A stretch of 63,335 nt of DNA, counting the filler, from Thraustochytrium aureum (taxonomy: Eukaryota): NCBI GenBank assembly GCA_012862495.1. It is 6 parts of 3 records of this genome, joined end to end, with 100 filler letters (N's around TTAATTAATTAA, not from the genome) between each part and the next. Parts side by side here need not be neighbours in the genome. Positions count along the whole stretch, not along the records: positions 58,791 to 62,026 come from BLSG01000101.1; positions 62,127 to 63,335 come from BLSG01000103.1; 4 more parts are not named here. The stretch is one strand, 5' to 3'. The notes beneath the pieces were generated by a model, which did no database searches, was not told where the DNA came from, and worked only from the letters and a program-made list of their open reading frames with translations. Shown here one piece after another: positions 58,791-63,335 of this stretch. Numbering within the stretch: position 1 is the first letter of the stretch; the number at the start of each line of letters is the position of its first letter. Made by a program: the position numbers and the translations under genes.

Positions 58791-61700
58791 CCCGGTTTCC
58801 ATCGTCGTGGGGCTTTCCGAGTCGTTCTCAATCCCGAATGTGAGCGACTGCCTCGAGGTCGTAGACTTTGACGCACTTCCTGGCGTTGCAGAGCGAGAGT
58901 CGGCTGTGCAGGTTAAAGAGGCCGCTGGTGACCGCGTGGTTGACCTGGAGGAGAGCGCTGCACTCGCTCTAATCTCCAATCTCGCAGCCCAGGCGCTGCG
59001 CGGCGGCGGGCTGGATCGCACGCTCCGCAGGCTGGCAAACTCAACTGGGTCGTTCCTGGCCGACGCCTTCCAGTTTGATCACGAGGGCGACGAGACGTCC
59101 GTTTCGCTCGTTCTACCGCTGCAGGCCCTCGGCCTGCGATATGCGAGCAGCGCGCTGATTCCTGGCCTGGTCGTCGATGCCGGACTCGTTCGTGTTCGCG
59201 GCGTCAACAAGCTCGCGCGGAGCATCGACATCCTCAAGCCCGTTGGCACCTTCACGACGCGGCACAGGGTGGAGTTTGATCGTGTTGCGCCGCTCAACGT
59301 GACAGTGGAGGCCTTTGTCGAGATGGATCGCTCGGCAGTGGACGGCCCTGGGGCGACGGGCAAAGTGCGGGAGGAGATCCAGATCAACATGCTGCTCGAG
59401 GGGCTGATGGGCGAGCTGGACCTGATTACGGCGCTCAACCCTGCGAGCCTCGGCACCAAGTCGCTTGCGCACGTGATCGCGGTTGAAGCGGACCAGTCGT
59501 TTCGGCTGGCTGACTCTGCGGCGGACTGCCTGGTGAGCAGCTTTTACCCGGGCGGGCTGTCCATTAGCAAGCTTCAAGTCCAGCTCAACGCGGTGTCTGG
59601 CGTCCGCGTGACCAGCGCCACGGGTGAGCTGCTCACGCCACCTATGGAGGCGCTCGTCGTGGCCGTTGCCGAGCTCATCGTCGACTTTTACAAGGACGCG
59701 GTGGCATCCCTGTGCCAGAACTGTTTGCGCGACTACATCAACTCGTTCGTGGCGGATCTGCAGCGCATCGCGTCGTGCCCAGACCTGCGCAGCATTCCGG
59801 CGCCGCCGCTGGCCAAGGAGGACGAGGTGTTTCGCTTCTCCACGTCGCCGGATTGGCTTTGGGTCCAGAGCATCTGGGACGAGTTTGTAGTAGCCGACGG
59901 CTATGCAAACTTGAACCAGGTCGCAGCGAGTGCTCTCGGCGGGGCCACCTTTTTCGATTCTTCCGCGGGAGACCAGCTGAGCGTCGAAGGCGTCCCGTTG
60001 GTGTATTATGGGCGATCCTACGGGTCAGTTGACGTTGCGGTAGCAAACCTCAGACTCGTCGGCGACCTGGCAGTGCAGTCCCTCCTGCTGGGGACGGTGA
60101 ACAGGACCGACCCATACGCGACCCGGAGCGAGATAGCGCTGGCTGGCCCAGCAGGCCTGCAGGTTGACCTTACGCTCAACCTGCAGGGCCTCTTCCCAGC
60201 AACCCCGAATGCGCAGAACGAGCTCCGCATCAAGGTCGACGTCGAGGGGCTTCGTTTTGGCTTGGGGCTTTTCCTGCAGGTCAACATTACCAAGGCAATG
60301 GCGCTCGAGTTTGCTTCGTTCGACTCGGTTGAGAAGGCCGCCTGTCTATTGATCCCGGTTGAGGCCATGCGCCCTTTCGACGTGGTGTTTGAGCTAGCGG
60401 AGGCTGGCCTCGAGGTAGAGTGCCTTTCGCGCTGCGACCTTGGGATGCTGACGCAGCTGGGCACGGCGGGGCTCGAGAGCGAGAACCGCGGCGAGGTGGC
60501 GGCCCTTGCGACGCGGTCGTTCGCGTTCCTCGTCGAGTATCTGGGCACGATCGAAGCGCAGAGCCTGCTTGACAGCCAGGTCGCGCTGGCCGAACAGTCC
60601 TGCAGCACTCTGCTCGGGTACTTGGATTCTCTGTTTCCAGAGCCCGCTGGGGCCGAAGCGGACGTGGCGCGCACGCTGGGCCTTTCCTTGGCCGGGGCCA
60701 CGGCCGGACTGGCGTTGCTCTTTGCGGTTGCGATCTACCCGCTGCACCGCCGCAAGCGCGACCAGGTAATCATCGGTCACCTGGAGGACGGCCAGCGCGG
60801 CAAGTCGATTGTGCCGATGGTCGACAACGCGGTCCAGTCGCTCTTCGCCCGGTCGACAACTCGTCCGTGGGTCAAGTTTGTCTTGGCGGTCTTGCCGCTG
60901 TGCTCGCTCGCCATGCTTGCTCTGGCCGTGATAACCTCGACGATTATGAACGTCACGATCCAGGTTCGCCTCCTCGGGGAAGACGCCGTCGTATTCGACG
61001 CGATCCCAAGCGATATGAGTCTGCTGCTGAACAAGATCTGGCATGACATTAGCCCAGTCCTCGCGATCGTGCTCGGGGCCGCCACCGTCCTCGTGCCGGG
61101 CGTAGCGGCGCTGCTTCTCGTGGCCGCCTGGGTCACGCCGCCTACGGTGCTGCCAGCGGCGGCTCGCCGCAGCGTGTTGGTGGGCGTCGAGCGCATTATC
61201 AAGCTGGCGGTGGCGCTCGTGCCGGTGCAGGCAGGCCTCCTTGGAGCGCTCGTCACGGAAGTGTCTGCGTCGGACTATGCCCCGCTCGCGTTCCTGAGTC
61301 CTGACCTCATGTCGCTGCGGATCTCTGTGGCGGCAGACACAGGGCTGTTACTCATGATCTTGGGCGCTGGCCTCACACTGGCCTCTGCCCAGGCGATGCT
61401 CTACGTGCATGACCAGGCCCTGGCCCCGAAGGCCAACCGCCGGCTGACTCAGGTGTCTGTTGCAAAGTCGGTCGTCGCGAAGCGCCGTGTGGCGCACCAC
61501 GAGTTTGCGGTGTTAGACAAGAGCAGCAGCCAAGTTTGCGTGGCCCCAGCTGCCAGCCTCATCGTTGGCGCGACGGCGGTCGTGTCTGGGCTCGTGCTGC
61601 TCGTGTCGATCTTTGTTCCGGTGATCCGCTTTGAGACGAATGGGGTGCCGGGATCCTGTTTCGCGAGGTGAGCCAGGGGTCCCCGACGATCCCGGCCGAC

Positions 61701-62026
61701 AACCCGCTGCACATCAACACCTACTCGTGGTTTGAGCTGGGGCAGCTCTTTCTGACGGCGCCGCAGACCACGCCGGGGGAGACGATGCTGACATACATTA
61801 TGGTCGGCACGTTCTTCTCCCTGACGGTCATCGCGCCGCTCGGCCAGCTCGCGCTGCTGCTCGTGGGCTGGTGGGCTCCACTGAGCCTTCGTGGCGTGCA
61901 AGGCCTTGCCTGGACGCACGCTCGGCTGGTGTGCTGGGCGGCGTTTGACCTGGCTGTTCTTGGGCTTTTCACGGCCTGGCTCACGACCTCCGATATGATC
62001 AGGGTGTTCCTGAACTGGGCAGTGGA
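58791..62026 (+). CDS. Large membrane protein, partial at both ends: beta-rich Cys-containing ectodomain followed by two PqiA-like multi-TM modules (frameshift near 61655)
   Basis: Over 950 open codons. The ectodomain has repeated beta/helix units (..CLVSS.., ..CLLIP..). TM modules LLVAAWVTP and LLLVGWWAPLS..WAAFDLAVLGL resemble PqiA by eye. Confidence 0.55.
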
Positions 62027-62070
62027 NNNNNNNNNNNNNNNNNNNNNNNNNNNNNNNNNNNNNNNNNNNN

Positions 62071-62082
62071 TTAATTAATTAA
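62071..62082. other. Artificial contig linker
   Basis: TTAATTAATTAA in an N block. Confidence 0.97.
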
Positions 62083-62127
62083 NNNNNNNNNNNNNNNNNN
62101 NNNNNNNNNNNNNNNNNNNNNNNNNNA

Positions 62128-63335
62128 GCTCCCCGAAACGACACGGTCGCCGTCGGGCGAGAAGGCCACGGAATTGACCTCAGATTCGTGTCCCTCGAGC
62201 CGCCGGAGTTCTTGCCCCGATTTGGAATCCCAGATTCGGACTGTCCTGTCCCAGCCCCCTGAGACGATGCGGTCGTCGTCGCGCGAGAGGGCCATGGCCA
62301 AGACACCGGATGTGTGTCCCTCGAGCCGCCTGAGGTCCTGCACCGATTTCGCGTCCCAGATACGGACGGTATTGTCTTTGCTCGCCGAAACGATGCGGTC
62401 GCCGTCGCGCGAGAGGGCCACGGCCGTAACAAACGCGGTGTGCCCATCGAGCCGCCGGAGCTCCTGCCCCAACTTTACGGTCCAGATACGGATGGACTTG
62501 TCCCTGCTTCCCGAAACGATGCAGTCGCCATCGCGCGAAAAGGCCACCCCCACGACGCTACGATTGTGTCCCTCGAGACGCCGTAGCTCTTGCCCTGATG
62601 TCCCGTCCCAGATCCGGACGGTCGCGTCGTCACTCCCTGAAACGATACGGGCGCCGTCGCGCGAGAGCGCCACGGCCAAGACATTCTTGGTGTGTCCCTC
62701 AAGCACCCGGAGCTCCTTGCCCGAATTGGCGTCCCAGATACGGACAGTCTTGTCGTCGCTCCCTGAAACGATGCGGTCGCCTTCGCGCGAGAGGGTCACG
62801 GAATTAACATCAGCTGTGTGTCCCTCGAGCAGCCAAAGCTCGCGCCCCGATTTCGCGTCCCAGATACGGACGGTCTTGTCCTCGCTCCCCGATACAATAC
62901 GGTTGCCATCGTGCGAGAGAGCCACGGCCAATACAAAACCGGTGTGTCCCTCGAGCCGGCGGAGCTCCTGCCCCGACCTGACTTCCCAGATCCGGACGGT
63001 CTTGTCGTAGCTTCCCGAAATTATGCGGTCACCTTCGCGCGAGAAAGCCACGCCACCTACCCAAGCGGTGTGGCCCTCGAGCCGCCCGAGTTCTAGCCCC
63101 GAATTGGCATCCCAGATGCGGACGGTATTGTCGTAGCTTCCCGATACGATACGGTCGCCGTCGCGCGAGAGGGCCACGGCACAGACCCAATTAGTGTGTC
63201 CCTGGAGGATCTTGCGCAGTGGGTCGCTTGCTGCCGTGAGCGTGGCCTGCACCGGGCGAAGCCAGCTAAAGTCGTGGTGGCGGAACGAGCGCGCTTGAGC
63301 ACCAGCGGGTGCTCCTCGGGGAGCCGGCCGATGAG
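62128..63335 (-). CDS. Partial NACHT-WD40 family paralogue: nine near-identical 126-nt WD40 repeats (the last truncated)
   Basis: The linker LIGRLPEEHPLV..FRHHDFSWLRPVQATLTAASDPLRKILQGH matches LLGHLPEAHPLV..FRHPDFAWLRPVCAAQAQAGDPLRKTLNGH of the gene at 14761; 42-aa GH..WD repeats follow. Confidence 0.9.

Noticed and set aside
15300..61700. Frequent frameshifts as programmed recoding or mass pseudogenisation
   Set aside because: They occur mostly at short homopolymer or dinucleotide runs, including in conserved housekeeping genes (TFIIH p62, TRAPPC8), consistent with sequencing indel error in a gappy draft.
62128..63252. Diversity-generating retroelement as the source of WD40 variation
   Set aside because: No reverse transcriptase or template/variable repeat pair is visible, and the variation is not evidently adenine-specific.

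Overview
Eukaryotic, GC-rich, gene-dense and intron-poor draft DNA. Style and gene content fit a stramenopile protist such as a thraustochytrid or labyrinthulid; this is inference, not proof. The window is not one locus: five artificial TTAATTAATTAA spacers in N runs join six segments (about 1-13486, 13587-39608, 39709-48075, 48176-58690, 58791-62026, 62127-63335). Many genes carry single-base frameshifts, mostly at short runs and probably sequencing errors. Recognisable genes: divergent PNPase, PP2C, F-BAR/SH3 protein, YaaA, TRAPPC8, Nma111/Deg7 protease, 2H phosphodiesterase, GT17, poly(A) polymerase, SGNH/PC-esterase-like protein, DUF4246, TFIIH p62, MscS-like channel, PqiA-like membrane protein. 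The most interesting content is a candidate protist immune-receptor repertoire. (1) A TIR-NACHT-WD40 (HET-E-like NLR) gene sits head-to-head with a decayed TIR-NACHT paralogue, and a further family member lies at the window end; WD40 variation is concentrated at ligand-face positions. (2) An LRR gene invisible in the ORF track encodes each 28-aa repeat as its own 84-nt phase-2 exon separated by mutually homologous introns, which suggests an exon-shuffling cassette array.
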